A stretch of DNA of 64,000 nt from a virus, in the IMG/VR virus record IMGVR_UViG_2842357229_000002, positions 300-64,299 of that record; one strand, 5' to 3'. A model generated the notes under the pieces. The model saw nothing but the letters and a program-made list of their open reading frames with translations. It searched no databases and was not told where the DNA came from. Positions 28,077-37,770 of the stretch are shown in pieces. Position 1 is the first letter of the stretch; each line of letters starts with the position of its first letter. Position numbers and translations under genes: made by a program.

Positions 28077-28970
28077 CTATGTGGATATTTCATTGGGAAA
28101 GTTGAGGTAGCATTCGGCGCCCCAAGCCGCGAAAGCGGCTTTGTCATAGACGCGCGCGGCCGCCTCTGGGGTGGTGAACCTACCTAAGTTTATTTGCTTT
28201 CCGTCTAATTTTATCCTGGCAAGATATTTTCCGCGGTCTTTGTCAAGATTTACGCCCTTGAAATCACCCTTGGGCATCTCAATCAGTTTCATGTTCGTAA
28301 TCGCAGATAGGTGCTCTGCGCTCAAACTCTTGCCGCGGTGGGCTGCGCCAATCTTTGCGCGCGTTTCGGCGCTAGGATTTTTCTTGGCCTCGCTTAGATT
28401 GGCTCGGTGATCTTCACTAAAGCGCTTTCCTAGATGAGAGACTCGTATCTTTTCCCTAGATTCAACGCTGTGCTTCCTACCTAATTTGGCAGAACTCATT
28501 TTTAGGCGAGTATCATCTCCTGGTTTCCGCCCACTGTTGGCGGCGCTAATCTTAGCGCGCGACACGGCACTGACTGATTTGCCTATCTGCCACGCGCCCA
28601 TCTTTTTGCGGGTTTCCTTACTGGGAGAATGGCCGCTCATGCCTTCGCCGCCGTCTGTAAGGTTTGCCAACACACCAGTGCCGTTATCGCGCCGCCCAAA
28701 AAGCTTGATGTATGCCATCTCTAGGCTAAAGGCGTCACTTTCGCGCAGGCCTTCTTGCCATCGCACGATGCGCGGCTCTTTGCCTTCTTCGCGTATTTTT
28801 GCGACTATGCGCTTGAATATGACGTTGGTCTTAGGAAAGACATCGCGCCTTCCGCATCCTTTGCCAACGTAGAATGGCCTACCATCTGGATAGAGCCAAG
28901 CGTAAACATAAAAACGTAAATAGTCATTGTCATTGTCAGCAGCCGGCGGGCCGCTATCAACATTACGCAT
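28077..28970 (-). CDS. GIY-YIG homing endonuclease with NUMOD3 repeats and AP2 domain
   Basis: FYVYAW...FYVGKG...R; LANLTDGGEG; HS.ETR.KM repeats; FKGV...YLARI...LGRF.TPEAAARVYD. Confidence 0.85.
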   Translation of the reverse strand: MRNVDSGPPAADNDNDYLRFYVYAWLYPDGRPFYVGKGCGRRDVFPKTNVIFKRIVAKIREEGKEPRIVRWQEGLRESDAFSLEMAYIKLFGRRDNGTGVLANLTDGGEGMSGHSPSKETRKKMGAWQIGKSVSAVSRAKISAANSGRKPGDDTRLKMSSAKLGRKHSVESREKIRVSHLGKRFSEDHRANLSEAKKNPSAETRAKIGAAHRGKSLSAEHLSAITNMKLIEMPKGDFKGVNLDKDRGKYLARIKLDGKQINLGRFTTPEAAARVYDKAAFAAWGAECYLNFPNEIST

Positions 28971-29090
28971 GCAAGGTGTCCAATCCTGCGTCCAGTTGTG
29001 GTGTTCGGCAGGCGCCTGGACAGACGCTCTTCGGGCTGCAGACCCTAGCCGAACAATGGGCATATAGGCAGCTACCCGCCTATATGCAAC

Positions 29091-30341
29091 TTACGGATGG
29101 GACAGAACCTTAACCGCGTTCTGGTCCAAAAGTTCACCGTCAAAACGGGTGAAGCCGATGAAGCCGGTCTGGTCGAAGTCGGCGTAACGCTCGACGAGGC
29201 GCTTGATCGAGAATTCGTTGACCTTGCGGACAACGTAGCGATTGAACGCGCCGAATGCGATCGTCTTGGCGCCGGTTGCAATGGAAGCAACTGCCTGGTT
29301 GACCGAGTACGGCATATTCAGAATGGTGTCAGGCTGGCCGGTAGTAACGTTGGCCGGCTGCCAGATATATTCGCCCTCACCATTTTTCAATTTTCTCAAC
29401 GCCTTCAGCGTGGAGTCATTGAACATGAAGCGGCAAGACGGATCGGAGCGATAGGCAGGGTCAACGCTGTGATAGGTCTCAATCAAATCGTCAAAACTGA
29501 TCGCAGTCGCACTGCCGGCAGTAAAGCCGGCGCCGGCAGCGGCGATAATGCCGTGCGGCTTGGACGAACCATCACCCGTGGTCAGGTGGGTGTTGGCGAT
29601 GCGGCCGATACGCTCAGCCATGGCGTCGCGAACGATTGCCTCGACGTCGAGAACGGCGTCCTGCAGAAGTTCGCTCGAAACCAGAACGACGCCAGAGGTG
29701 TACTTGTACGCCTCAAGGGTCTTGGTGCCGAAAGCCATTTCAGCGAGAGCGACCTGCGTGTTTTCCGCAATGAGCGCGCCGGTATTCGACGTGTCGTCCA
29801 TGGTCGGCCACGGAATGGTATTGCCGGTAGCCGTATTCAGGACGCGGGTAACACCCGGATCAAGCATCGGACCCCAAGCCTTCAGGCTCTTGACGAGCTC
29901 TGCCATGAAGCCCTGCGGAACGAGGTAGCCGCCGTCGGCGCCAGGAGCGGTGGCCTGCGGGCCGGCGCGAAGTTCGCGAACAATCTGGCGCTGCTCAGGC
30001 GAAAGGCCCTCAAGACCGTGACGCAGATAGCCGTTGAAGGCTTCGGCACGCCGTTCGTCGAGCGGGCGCTCGTCAGCCTTCACAACCTTGGCCTGGCGGG
30101 TTTCGCCGAGCGGGCGACGGTCACCCTCGATGGAATTCAGTTCAGCTTCGCGGGCCTCAAGGGCCTCTTCGCGGGCGATGGTGGCGCCGACGCGGTCATA
30201 TTCTGCCATGGCCTTATCATGAGCGGCGTCAATTTCAGCAACGCGGGCTTCCGTGGTGCTGTCGTTGATTTCGTCGCGAAGGGCGCGGGCATCTGCAACA
30301 AGCTTCAACTGCTTTTCGCGCAGTTCGGTAATTTTAGACAA
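29091..30341 (-). CDS. HK97-fold major capsid protein
   Basis: N-terminal coiled-coil delta domain, DGGYLVP, ELLQDA, GDGSSKPHG, RFDG; start moved to TTG 30341 behind a GGAGA RBS. Confidence 0.95.
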   Translation of the reverse strand: MSKITELREKQLKLVADARALRDEINDSTTEARVAEIDAAHDKAMAEYDRVGATIAREEALEAREAELNSIEGDRRPLGETRQAKVVKADERPLDERRAEAFNGYLRHGLEGLSPEQRQIVRELRAGPQATAPGADGGYLVPQGFMAELVKSLKAWGPMLDPGVTRVLNTATGNTIPWPTMDDTSNTGALIAENTQVALAEMAFGTKTLEAYKYTSGVVLVSSELLQDAVLDVEAIVRDAMAERIGRIANTHLTTGDGSSKPHGIIAAAGAGFTAGSATAISFDDLIETYHSVDPAYRSDPSCRFMFNDSTLKALRKLKNGEGEYIWQPANVTTGQPDTILNMPYSVNQAVASIATGAKTIAFGAFNRYVVRKVNEFSIKRLVERYADFDQTGFIGFTRFDGELLDQNAVKVLSHP

Positions 30342-30356
30342 TGCAGTCTCCAATGC

Positions 30357-30381
30357 AAAAAGCCCCGCGCGGCGAGGCTTT
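30357..30381 (-). terminator. Terminator-like hairpin between protease and capsid genes
   Basis: AAAGCCTCGC cgc GCGGGGCTTT TT on the minus strand. Confidence 0.45.
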
Positions 30382-30415
30382 GTTTGTGGTGGTTTTGGTG
30401 GGTGACAGCGCCTGG

Positions 30416-31033
30416 TCAGCGCGTGCTGCGGACCTTTATGTCAAGGTCCATCTTGAGCCGCGCCTTAATGGCGTCGACTCGTATTACCGGCGCTGCCGCC
30501 GGATCGGTAATTTCTGGTGTGGGAGCGTTGGCGGAGCGCCACTCCTCAAGCGATCGAACGCCAATGGTGGTGTCGTCGTAGGCGGGGAATGCGCAGGGCG
30601 AAATCTCAAACAGGTCAACCTGCTTGATCGTCCTAACGGCTGGCTCGACGCTCTCGTCCCAACTTTGATTTGTGACACAAAATCCGAAACTGACCCCCGA
30701 AATATCGCCTCTGGAAACCAGTTCCCAAAGATCATTTCCATCACTGGTGTTTGGGAGGTCAAGTTCGAATCGCAAACCTTGGGCATCTTCTGAAAGGCGA
30801 AGAGTGCCGCTGCGCGTGCGACCAACAACGCGGCCTGTATCATGATTGATCAGTGCCCGAACATCATTAGAGAGCGACTTGGTGAACGCGCCAGGTTCGA
30901 TGCGCTCAACCCAATACCCACCGATGTCTGCGTCGCTGTTAAACACGGCGGCCAGCCCCGTCAAGGTGCGCTTATCGCCCTCTGCGCGGGTCTCTACGCC
31001 AAGCGTTCCGCCGCGCTTTTCTACGTTGGTCAT
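30416..31033 (-). CDS. HK97 prohead protease
   Basis: GLAAVFNS, ERIEPGAF, ALINHD, SFGF, LFEIS...FPAY. Confidence 0.95.
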   Translation of the reverse strand: MTNVEKRGGTLGVETRAEGDKRTLTGLAAVFNSDADIGGYWVERIEPGAFTKSLSNDVRALINHDTGRVVGRTRSGTLRLSEDAQGLRFELDLPNTSDGNDLWELVSRGDISGVSFGFCVTNQSWDESVEPAVRTIKQVDLFEISPCAFPAYDDTTIGVRSLEEWRSANAPTPEITDPAAAPVIRVDAIKARLKMDLDIKVRSTR

Positions 31034-31869
31034 TTGGCGTTCGCCTCTAAAAAATGTTGATTGTCATTGTCTGGCCGCCACTTGGCGCCCTTGGCTATGT
31101 TGTCGGCGGCCCACAGAGGCTGCAGATTTGAAAGCGCCCACGCTAACTTGAATTCTGGATCGTCTGGCGTTTCGTAATCAAATGACGCCAATGGTCGGAT
31201 GTGATCGATGTGCCAGTCGCCATAGTTATCAAATGACATTCCAGGCAAAAACTTGGACTCGAGATGATGCATTAGATCTGCAATCGAGAATTCCAGCAGA
31301 TCAATTGTCCGCCGATCTCCCTTGCTTCCTGATGTAATCCCGCTCCAAATGCGGCATCGCATAGCGCTCTCAATGCGAAATTTTAGCGACTCTCGGCGAC
31401 GGGAACTATATTCGCTGTGCTTGCCGGGGTTGGCGTCGTACCATCCGCGCATATAATCACGCCGTTTTGGTGCATTATCAGCAGCCCAAGACGCATAATC
31501 AGCCTTCAGCCTGTCAGCATTTTCAGCGTAATATGACCTGTTGTATGATGTTACTTTATCTGGATTTTCTAGCTTCCATGATCGAGCCCTATCAAGTGAA
31601 CGATCATGATTTTCGTAGTGCCAATTCATCGAGCGCTCTCGATGTTTGGCCGGGCCTTCCGCGTACAGCGCACGCTTCTGCGCATTTATGACATCACGCT
31701 TCCGCTCGTACCGCAGCAAGGATGCCGACGATTCGCATGACTTGCACACAGACCTGCGCCCGCTCTTTACCGTCTTTTGGACAGAGAAATCGCTTGTGTT
31801 CTTGAGGTCTTCGCACTTTGTGCACGCCTTGAAAAGGCCGGCGTCGCCCGCATATATAACCTCAGCCAC
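31030..31869 (-). CDS. HNH homing endonuclease
   Basis: CTKC..CKSC N-terminus; WHIDHIRPL...LSNLQPLWAADNIAKG. Confidence 0.85.
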   Translation of the reverse strand: MAEVIYAGDAGLFKACTKCEDLKNTSDFSVQKTVKSGRRSVCKSCESSASLLRYERKRDVINAQKRALYAEGPAKHRERSMNWHYENHDRSLDRARSWKLENPDKVTSYNRSYYAENADRLKADYASWAADNAPKRRDYMRGWYDANPGKHSEYSSRRRESLKFRIESAMRCRIWSGITSGSKGDRRTIDLLEFSIADLMHHLESKFLPGMSFDNYGDWHIDHIRPLASFDYETPDDPEFKLAWALSNLQPLWAADNIAKGAKWRPDNDNQHFLEANAK

Positions 31870-31962
31870 TCGATGCTCCTTAACAGCTTCGTACGGTTAG
31901 ATACCGGCTAGCGCGCCAACGCTTTCCGGTATCGCCTTATGTAGTTATACGCGCTAGTATAT

Positions 31963-33240
31963 TCAAGCTGCAGTTGCGTCTTTGCTTTCGTTGTCATTGG
32001 CCGCGCCGCCATTTTGGACGGGCTTCGTCGCAGACATGTTCTGCATCCCTAGAGGGACCGTGGCGCCTTGGATGTATAACTTGTCTGCCTCACCACCCTC
32101 TGCTGGCCAATTTTCAAGCCCACGTATCTCATCAGGCTTCAAAATAGCGTTCTGAACGGCAGTCGCATAACCAGTCATGCGGGCGACAAAATCGCCGCGG
32201 AGCAATGAATCTTGGTTGAAAGACACGAAGTTCTTCGTATTGCGGGCAGTGAATAGCTTAAGATTTAGTTCCTGCTCCCAAGCAACGAGCCATTGCATTA
32301 GTGTATGTTTGGTGAAGTTTAGATCTTGTTGCTCTACATTGCTGAAAGTTCCATGCGTCAAATCTTGCAGAAACGCTGGCGGAAGATTAAAAATCCGCGC
32401 TACTTCCTCGATCTGGTAACGCCTCGCATCAATCATCTGAGACTTGTCAGGATCGATACCTACCGCCTTTAGCTCATGCCCTGCCGGCATGATCAGGACG
32501 TTTCGGCGCTCCGCATTAGCATCTCGAATGGCCTTGGTTACGTCAGTGGCCGCCCTCGATGCAGCTGCAGGCGACCCGACCGGGCCGTATAGGGCCAGAG
32601 GCGGCACGCCGCCATTCAAGAACAGCTTCTCGGCGTAGGATTCAAGCGCTATCGCAAGGCCGACCGCCTTGGCAAGTCGCTGTATTGGTGCGACATGACA
32701 CAGGCCGTCAGGTTCAAGCATGAACGGCACATCGATGATTTCCGACGCCGCATATTCTATTTTGCGCGCGCCTTCGTCGTAGATGTAAAACTTCCTGCCG
32801 CCGCGCCGCTCAACCGTCACCAGCAAGGGATTCAGCGGCCAAAGGTTCGTCACCCTGCCCGCTTTGTTCCGCTCAATGAAAGTGAACGCGCGCCCCAAGG
32901 TCAGAATATTGACCATGGAGTATTTGCGCCAAGCAAACGACGTCCATTCCGGGTTGGGCGCATCCTGAAGGATGGCGTAAAGCGGGTTTGCTTCCGCCGC
33001 TTCCCTGCCCGCATCGTTCTTCACGAAGAGCTCGAGCGGCAATGACGCCAGCGTGCCGGCGAGGAAGTTGACGGCGCACCATACAGCCGGGACGCCAAGG
33101 GCGGTCTCGACGGTCACAGGCACGCCGCTGGCCGCGTTCCACGTCTCGAACATCGAGCGCCACGCGCCGACGTCGGATAGCGGCACGCTTGGATTTTCCA
33201 AGCTAGCGCGCGCTTCCGTCTTCTTGTCAAAAGGCCACAT
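31963..33240 (-). CDS. Portal protein (HK97 family)
   Basis: VPAVWCAVNFLA, PNPEWT, IARIFNLPP, TFSNVEQ, LKPDEIR.LEN. Confidence 0.95.
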   Translation of the reverse strand: MWPFDKKTEARASLENPSVPLSDVGAWRSMFETWNAASGVPVTVETALGVPAVWCAVNFLAGTLASLPLELFVKNDAGREAAEANPLYAILQDAPNPEWTSFAWRKYSMVNILTLGRAFTFIERNKAGRVTNLWPLNPLLVTVERRGGRKFYIYDEGARKIEYAASEIIDVPFMLEPDGLCHVAPIQRLAKAVGLAIALESYAEKLFLNGGVPPLALYGPVGSPAAASRAATDVTKAIRDANAERRNVLIMPAGHELKAVGIDPDKSQMIDARRYQIEEVARIFNLPPAFLQDLTHGTFSNVEQQDLNFTKHTLMQWLVAWEQELNLKLFTARNTKNFVSFNQDSLLRGDFVARMTGYATAVQNAILKPDEIRGLENWPAEGGEADKLYIQGATVPLGMQNMSATKPVQNGGAANDNESKDATAA

Positions 33241-33258
33241 TAAAACACCTTGCCGCCG

Positions 33259-35229
33259 TCATACGACGGCAATCTGAAATTCCGGATCTTCCCAAGGGCT
33301 CGCCGCAGGTTTGATCTCGACGAAACCATCAACCGCGGCGCCAACGGCCATCGCGCTCGCGACAGCAGGATCTATCCTCACCGTTGACTTCTTCTTCGAA
33401 AACCACTGGTTGCCCATAAGAGGATCAGTTTCGATCGATACGCCCATTAGCGCGCCAAGCAGAACTGGCGACTTACGCAACCGAATCCGCTCTTCGAGGA
33501 TAAGCGTTTCCAAAGAAGCAACGCTGCCAGGCATCCAAAGCCCTAGAGGAGGCTCAAGGCCGGCGTCTTTCGCCGCCTGCACCTTCTCTTCGTCTGGCTT
33601 TGCACGTTTCTTGCCGCCCTGCGGGTGCGCTACGGTCTTGATATCGACACCGTATTCGTCGAGCTCTTGTTCGAACTTGTCGAATGCATAGCGGTCGAAC
33701 GCCAGAACGTTGATGCCGTGCTCGGTATTCAGGCGAGCAAACAATGCTGCCACATGGTCATATCGAATGCGCTGGCCTTCGGGAGCATGGATATATGGCT
33801 GCGTCGTTCCGGGGTGGAACGTCTCGTTCCACAGCCGATAGGGCACGTTGTCTTGTTTAGACCGCTCATCCATCGTGTCGCGCGGCGTCCAAGCCTCAAT
33901 CCAAAGATCGTAGGTGGGCAACTCCGCTTCCGTTCCGTCCTCGCGCTCCACGCGCTTGGTGCCGGTTTCAATCGCGAATGCAGCGGCCGTCAAATCCTTC
34001 GCGCCGGACAAATCGAGGCCGGCCGCGGTGATCTTCTTGCCCTTGTGCTCGACATACGGGTCGAAGTCGACCATCACTTTTTCAAGGATCGGCCGCGGTA
34101 TCCATGCCGTGTCGGCCTCAGTCCAGACGCAAAAGTGCAACCGCAGAATGCCGTTGCGCTTCGAAGGAATGTCCTTCGCCTGGTTGACGACGCCAGCAAG
34201 ATAATCGTGCTTGAGCGTCACGCCGAAAAGCGGGTTTGCCTTCTGCCAGCAAGTCGGATCCGTAAAAGGATCGTCGTCTTTGTCGAGCGCGCAAACATAC
34301 GAAAACGTCGTGTCGTCGACGACTTCACCAACATAGGTAAAATCATCGTCTGGCGTCTGCGTGCCGGCGGCAACCTTAACTGCGTGCTGGTGCTCATCCC
34401 AGCAGATTGAATTCCTATCCGAGCCGCTGTTCGTGATCATGAACAGGAGCGGCTGGCGACGGAACTTAAAACCGCGCTCCAGCATCTCGATGACTTTGCC
34501 ATCTGGATGCTCGTGGATTTCGTCGCAGAGCGCGATATACGGACGCGGGCCGCTATGGGCACCTTCACGCGAGATCGGCCGGAAGAAAGATCGCTTCTTG
34601 AGGTACGAAAGATTCCAAACCGGGTTGCCGCCAGATGGCGTCAGCTTCGACTTGAGCGACGGCGACTGCTCGTACATAGCCACGGCATCGCGGAACAGAA
34701 CGAAAGCCTGATCCTTGTTGGCTGCGGCCGCATAGATTTCAGCCGCCGCCTCGCCGTCAGACGTTAAGCAGTAATGCCCGATGCCTGCAGCCAGCGGCGA
34801 CTTGCCGTTGCCTTTGCCCTCTTCGATATACGCGCGTCGAAAGCGTCGCAGGATTGCGCCGTCCGATTCAACGCGCTTCCATCCGAAGATAGAGCCAATC
34901 TTGAACTGCTGCGAAATATGCGGGTTGAAAGGCCTACTTTCGAACTGGCCGCCGTTTAGGCGAAGCACAGCCGGGAAGAAGCGCAGAACACGGCCAGCAG
35001 CTTCTGGATCCCAATGCACTCCTCGCGCCGGGCCATTCTTGCGATCGTCACGATGGCGACGGCAGGCGTTGCGCACATGCGGGCCAGCGACGATGTCGCC
35101 CTTGATTACTGCTTCTGCATATTCGTCTACAGGACCAGTCGGATACGGTGGATTGAAGTGGGCCGGAAGTTCAACGCCAGCCGAAACGCTAGTCGAAGAA
35201 CTCGTCGGCCGGATCCGTCTTTTCGCCAT
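33259..35229 (-). CDS. terL: Terminase large subunit
   Basis: GKGNGKS Walker A, LCDEIHE Walker B, GLDLS and RIDPAVA nuclease motifs. Confidence 0.95.
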   Translation of the reverse strand: MAKRRIRPTSSSTSVSAGVELPAHFNPPYPTGPVDEYAEAVIKGDIVAGPHVRNACRRHRDDRKNGPARGVHWDPEAAGRVLRFFPAVLRLNGGQFESRPFNPHISQQFKIGSIFGWKRVESDGAILRRFRRAYIEEGKGNGKSPLAAGIGHYCLTSDGEAAAEIYAAAANKDQAFVLFRDAVAMYEQSPSLKSKLTPSGGNPVWNLSYLKKRSFFRPISREGAHSGPRPYIALCDEIHEHPDGKVIEMLERGFKFRRQPLLFMITNSGSDRNSICWDEHQHAVKVAAGTQTPDDDFTYVGEVVDDTTFSYVCALDKDDDPFTDPTCWQKANPLFGVTLKHDYLAGVVNQAKDIPSKRNGILRLHFCVWTEADTAWIPRPILEKVMVDFDPYVEHKGKKITAAGLDLSGAKDLTAAAFAIETGTKRVEREDGTEAELPTYDLWIEAWTPRDTMDERSKQDNVPYRLWNETFHPGTTQPYIHAPEGQRIRYDHVAALFARLNTEHGINVLAFDRYAFDKFEQELDEYGVDIKTVAHPQGGKKRAKPDEEKVQAAKDAGLEPPLGLWMPGSVASLETLILEERIRLRKSPVLLGALMGVSIETDPLMGNQWFSKKKSTVRIDPAVASAMAVGAAVDGFVEIKPAASPWEDPEFQIAVV

Positions 35230-35572
35230 CTGGTTTCGCTCCCGCCTTCGAAGCATCAGCCGGCGTCGCGCCCATTTGCCCGTAGCACTGACGTAGAAGG
35301 TTCATGGCTTGCACGCCAACGTCGTCGCCCTTCATCATCCTGCCGCGAATATTAGCGGCGATCGCCAGGTGTCCGCGGTGGCTCCAATTGAGCCAAGGCA
35401 CCTCAGATGCAATTTCGCGCCATGCCTGTTGCGCGTGTTCACTTAGCCATTCAAACGGCTCTCCGACAGTCTCGATGACGGTCGGTTCGTTGCGGCTTTC
35501 AAATTTGGTTTTTTGCTTGTCGGCGTAGCCGGTGAGCTCGGCCTTGGCCTTTGGTGTTCTCGGCCTAGCCAT
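35189..35572 (-). CDS. terS: Terminase small subunit (P27-like)
   Basis: MARPRTP...GATPADASK...DPADEFF; upstream of terL. Confidence 0.8.
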   Translation of the reverse strand: MARPRTPKAKAELTGYADKQKTKFESRNEPTVIETVGEPFEWLSEHAQQAWREIASEVPWLNWSHRGHLAIAANIRGRMMKGDDVGVQAMNLLRQCYGQMGATPADASKAGAKPDGEKTDPADEFFD

Positions 35573-35764
35573 GCAAAAACCTCAACATTTCAATCGAAAA
35601 ACTGTGTACAAATGCCCATCGCCGTTTCCCCAGTTTGGCCGACCCGGCGATCCGAGGCACCCCTCCCTGGCAAACCTTCCATCATATCACGCCTCAATCG
35701 AGGCGTCAAGCACAAAATTCAATAAAATCATCGATTTATCGATCTTTTTTCATCTATTTTGTCA

Positions 35765-36058
35765 TCACAATGGCCACCCATCCGCTCCGTATACCACCAC
35801 CGTCTTGCCATTGTCCTCAAGCTGGCCGCGAGAGGAGTGGCACGGCTTGCACGTGCTTATGAATGGTCCGCTCCAGAACAGATCAAGGTCGCCCTTGTGA
35901 GCGACCTTGTGGTGAACCTCATTGGCTGCCGTGATCTCTTCCCGCTCTAAGCACCATTCGCATAGGGGATGGATAGATAGTTGTGCGTGCCTAATAGCGC
36001 GCCAGCGTGCCGTTTTATATAGGTGAACCCAAGGCGTATTGGCGCGATACTTTGTCAT
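35765..36058 (-). CDS. Packaging-associated HNH endonuclease (HK97 gp74-like)
   Basis: YKTARWRAIR...PLCEWC...VHH...CKPCHS. Confidence 0.85.
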   Translation of the reverse strand: MTKYRANTPWVHLYKTARWRAIRHAQLSIHPLCEWCLEREEITAANEVHHKVAHKGDLDLFWSGPFISTCKPCHSSRGQLEDNGKTVVVYGADGWPL

Positions 36059-37137
36059 GCCACCATCGCAAAAAGATTTGGTTGAGCAGGAGGCGTATCG
36101 CTCTTATGAGCGTTGCACTTACGACAGGCACATTGCGTATTAAAGTAGCTATGCGCTCCACCTAATGCTAGGGGCATGATGTGGTCCAACTCAGGAGCCT
36201 TGTCGTCAAGCGTGCCGCGCAGTTTTCGTGGCGTCTTCACACCGCATATCTGGCACTTCCACTTATCGCGGTCGAATACCTTAATCGGGTCTACGTTCTC
36301 CACATATGCAGCCCTAAGCATAGCTTCACGCTTCAACTTGCCGGTGCGCCGCCCGTTCCTTTTTGAACACTTGCCGCCACAGAACTTTCTGATTTTCTCC
36401 CCGTATGATGGCGAGAATACCGATCCGCACTCGGCGCATGGCCTTGGAGATCTATCAACGTTGTCGTTGGCTGCGTATCTGGCCCTGGCTTTGTCGCTGG
36501 CAATTGCCGCACGACATTCGTTCGAGCAGAACTTTGCCGTTGCGCCGTTTGCCGTAAAGGGCTTGTCACACACTGCGCAGCGTGGCCTAAATACCGTGAA
36601 CTTTGCAACCTTAACAAGGTCTGCAGAAGCGCGAAGATATTCGTGGCCACAATCTCGAGAGCAGAATAATGCTTTATCCTTTGCATTTGGATTGCGCTTG
36701 AAAGTTGCGCTACACCATTTGCATTCTCGCTCTTGTGCGTTCCTGTGCCTGTCGCGTCCCTGCTCTCCATATCTCCTTGCGCAATTCTTGCTGCAAAAAA
36801 TCTTTCCAGGCACACCAGTGAACTCGCCACCGCAACGAAGGCAGTTGCCGCTGATTAACTGTCGTTCCGGTTTCTGACGTAAGAGTTTTGGTTGTCGTGG
36901 CTTTTTGCGGCTATCGTCACGGCAGGTAGAGTCACAGAACTTGCGCCTTCGACCAGTGATTTCTTTTTCGCAATGAGCGCATTTCCAATCAGTAAACACG
37001 GGCGGATGCTTGCATGCATCGCATCGACTTGGCTTTGGCCCGCGCTTCGACGATGGTGCTATATTGCCACCGCACTCTATGCACTTCCTAAAATTATCAT
37101 TGGCGGCAACTGGCCCGCCGAATAGCGTATCAAACAA
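36055..37137 (-). CDS. HNH endonuclease with tandem zinc-finger repeats
   Basis: Five CxxC...FCxxxC repeats, then CQICG...ELDHIMPLALGG.H...N..CACRKCN..K. Confidence 0.85.
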   Translation of the reverse strand: MFDTLFGGPVAANDNFRKCIECGGNIAPSSKRGPKPSRCDACKHPPVFTDWKCAHCEKEITGRRRKFCDSTCRDDSRKKPRQPKLLRQKPERQLISGNCLRCGGEFTGVPGKIFCSKNCARRYGEQGRDRHRNAQERECKWCSATFKRNPNAKDKALFCSRDCGHEYLRASADLVKVAKFTVFRPRCAVCDKPFTANGATAKFCSNECRAAIASDKARARYAANDNVDRSPRPCAECGSVFSPSYGEKIRKFCGGKCSKRNGRRTGKLKREAMLRAAYVENVDPIKVFDRDKWKCQICGVKTPRKLRGTLDDKAPELDHIMPLALGGAHSYFNTQCACRKCNAHKSDTPPAQPNLFAMVA

Positions 37138-37166
37138 GGTCTCGACCTCCTTGCCGACCTCATGTG

Positions 37167-37196
37167 AAAAACGGGTGAGCCGAAGCCCACCCGTTT
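37167..37196 (-). terminator. Intrinsic terminator with cUUCGg loop
   Basis: AAACGGGTGGGC TTCG GCTCACCCGTTTTT. Confidence 0.75.
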
Positions 37197-37740
37197 AGAT
37201 CAGCGCAAGAGGTCGAGAATTGCGCCGATGCATAAAAGCGAAAGCGCCAGGGAGCCGCACGGTTTATCTATCCGTGCGCTCTACCTGGCGCATGATTACC
37301 GCTTCGCGGAGGAGGCGCGCTGCGGCAATGGGTATTCAGTATCGCGGCGCCTCCTCTGTGGGTTGCGAGATTAGCGAGGCCGCAATACTGAATGCATTAC
37401 CGTGGGCGCATACCAGAAGGCAGAGGTGAGGCCACGGTGTACGAAAAGGCAGGCGGCTCCCATACGGTGGGCCTTTGGTTATCGGGGCTCAATGCGTCCG
37501 CAGCCCGACCTGCAATGTGTGGGTGCGGCAACCGTCATGACAAAGCATGCTGCCGTTGTTATCCGCACCCGACGGCAACTGGTTTACAACGCCAGTTCCG
37601 CAGATAATGCCCGTTTTCGCAGAAGCAGCCACGGTGCACGGCCAGGGTAGTTACCCGCAACGTTCAGCGGCTGCACTAAATGCAGCATGACGGCGGGGCG
37701 GTCGTAACCGCAACTCTTTGGGGATGTTTCCATCCCTCTC
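37167..37740 (-). ncRNA. Candidate ~570-nt structured late-leader RNA
   Basis: No credible ORF; at least eight helices, GAAA/UACG/UUCG tetraloops and G-U pairs that fit only the minus strand. Confidence 0.55.
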
Positions 37741-37770
37741 ATAAGAGTACGCAGCAACGACACACGAAAA

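Noticed and set aside
29097-30581. 494-aa plus-strand ORF and other long antisense ORFs (for example 33625-34410, 54171-54899, 52622-53314)
   Set aside because: Shadow frames opposite well-supported genes, expected in GC-rich DNA; no RBS or recognisable motifs
37167-37740. Phage-encoded tmRNA, tRNA cluster, group I intron or hammerhead ribozyme
   Set aside because: No T-arm or CCA end, tag reading frame, interrupted host gene, or CUGAUGA/GAAA core could be found by eye; left as an unassigned structured RNA
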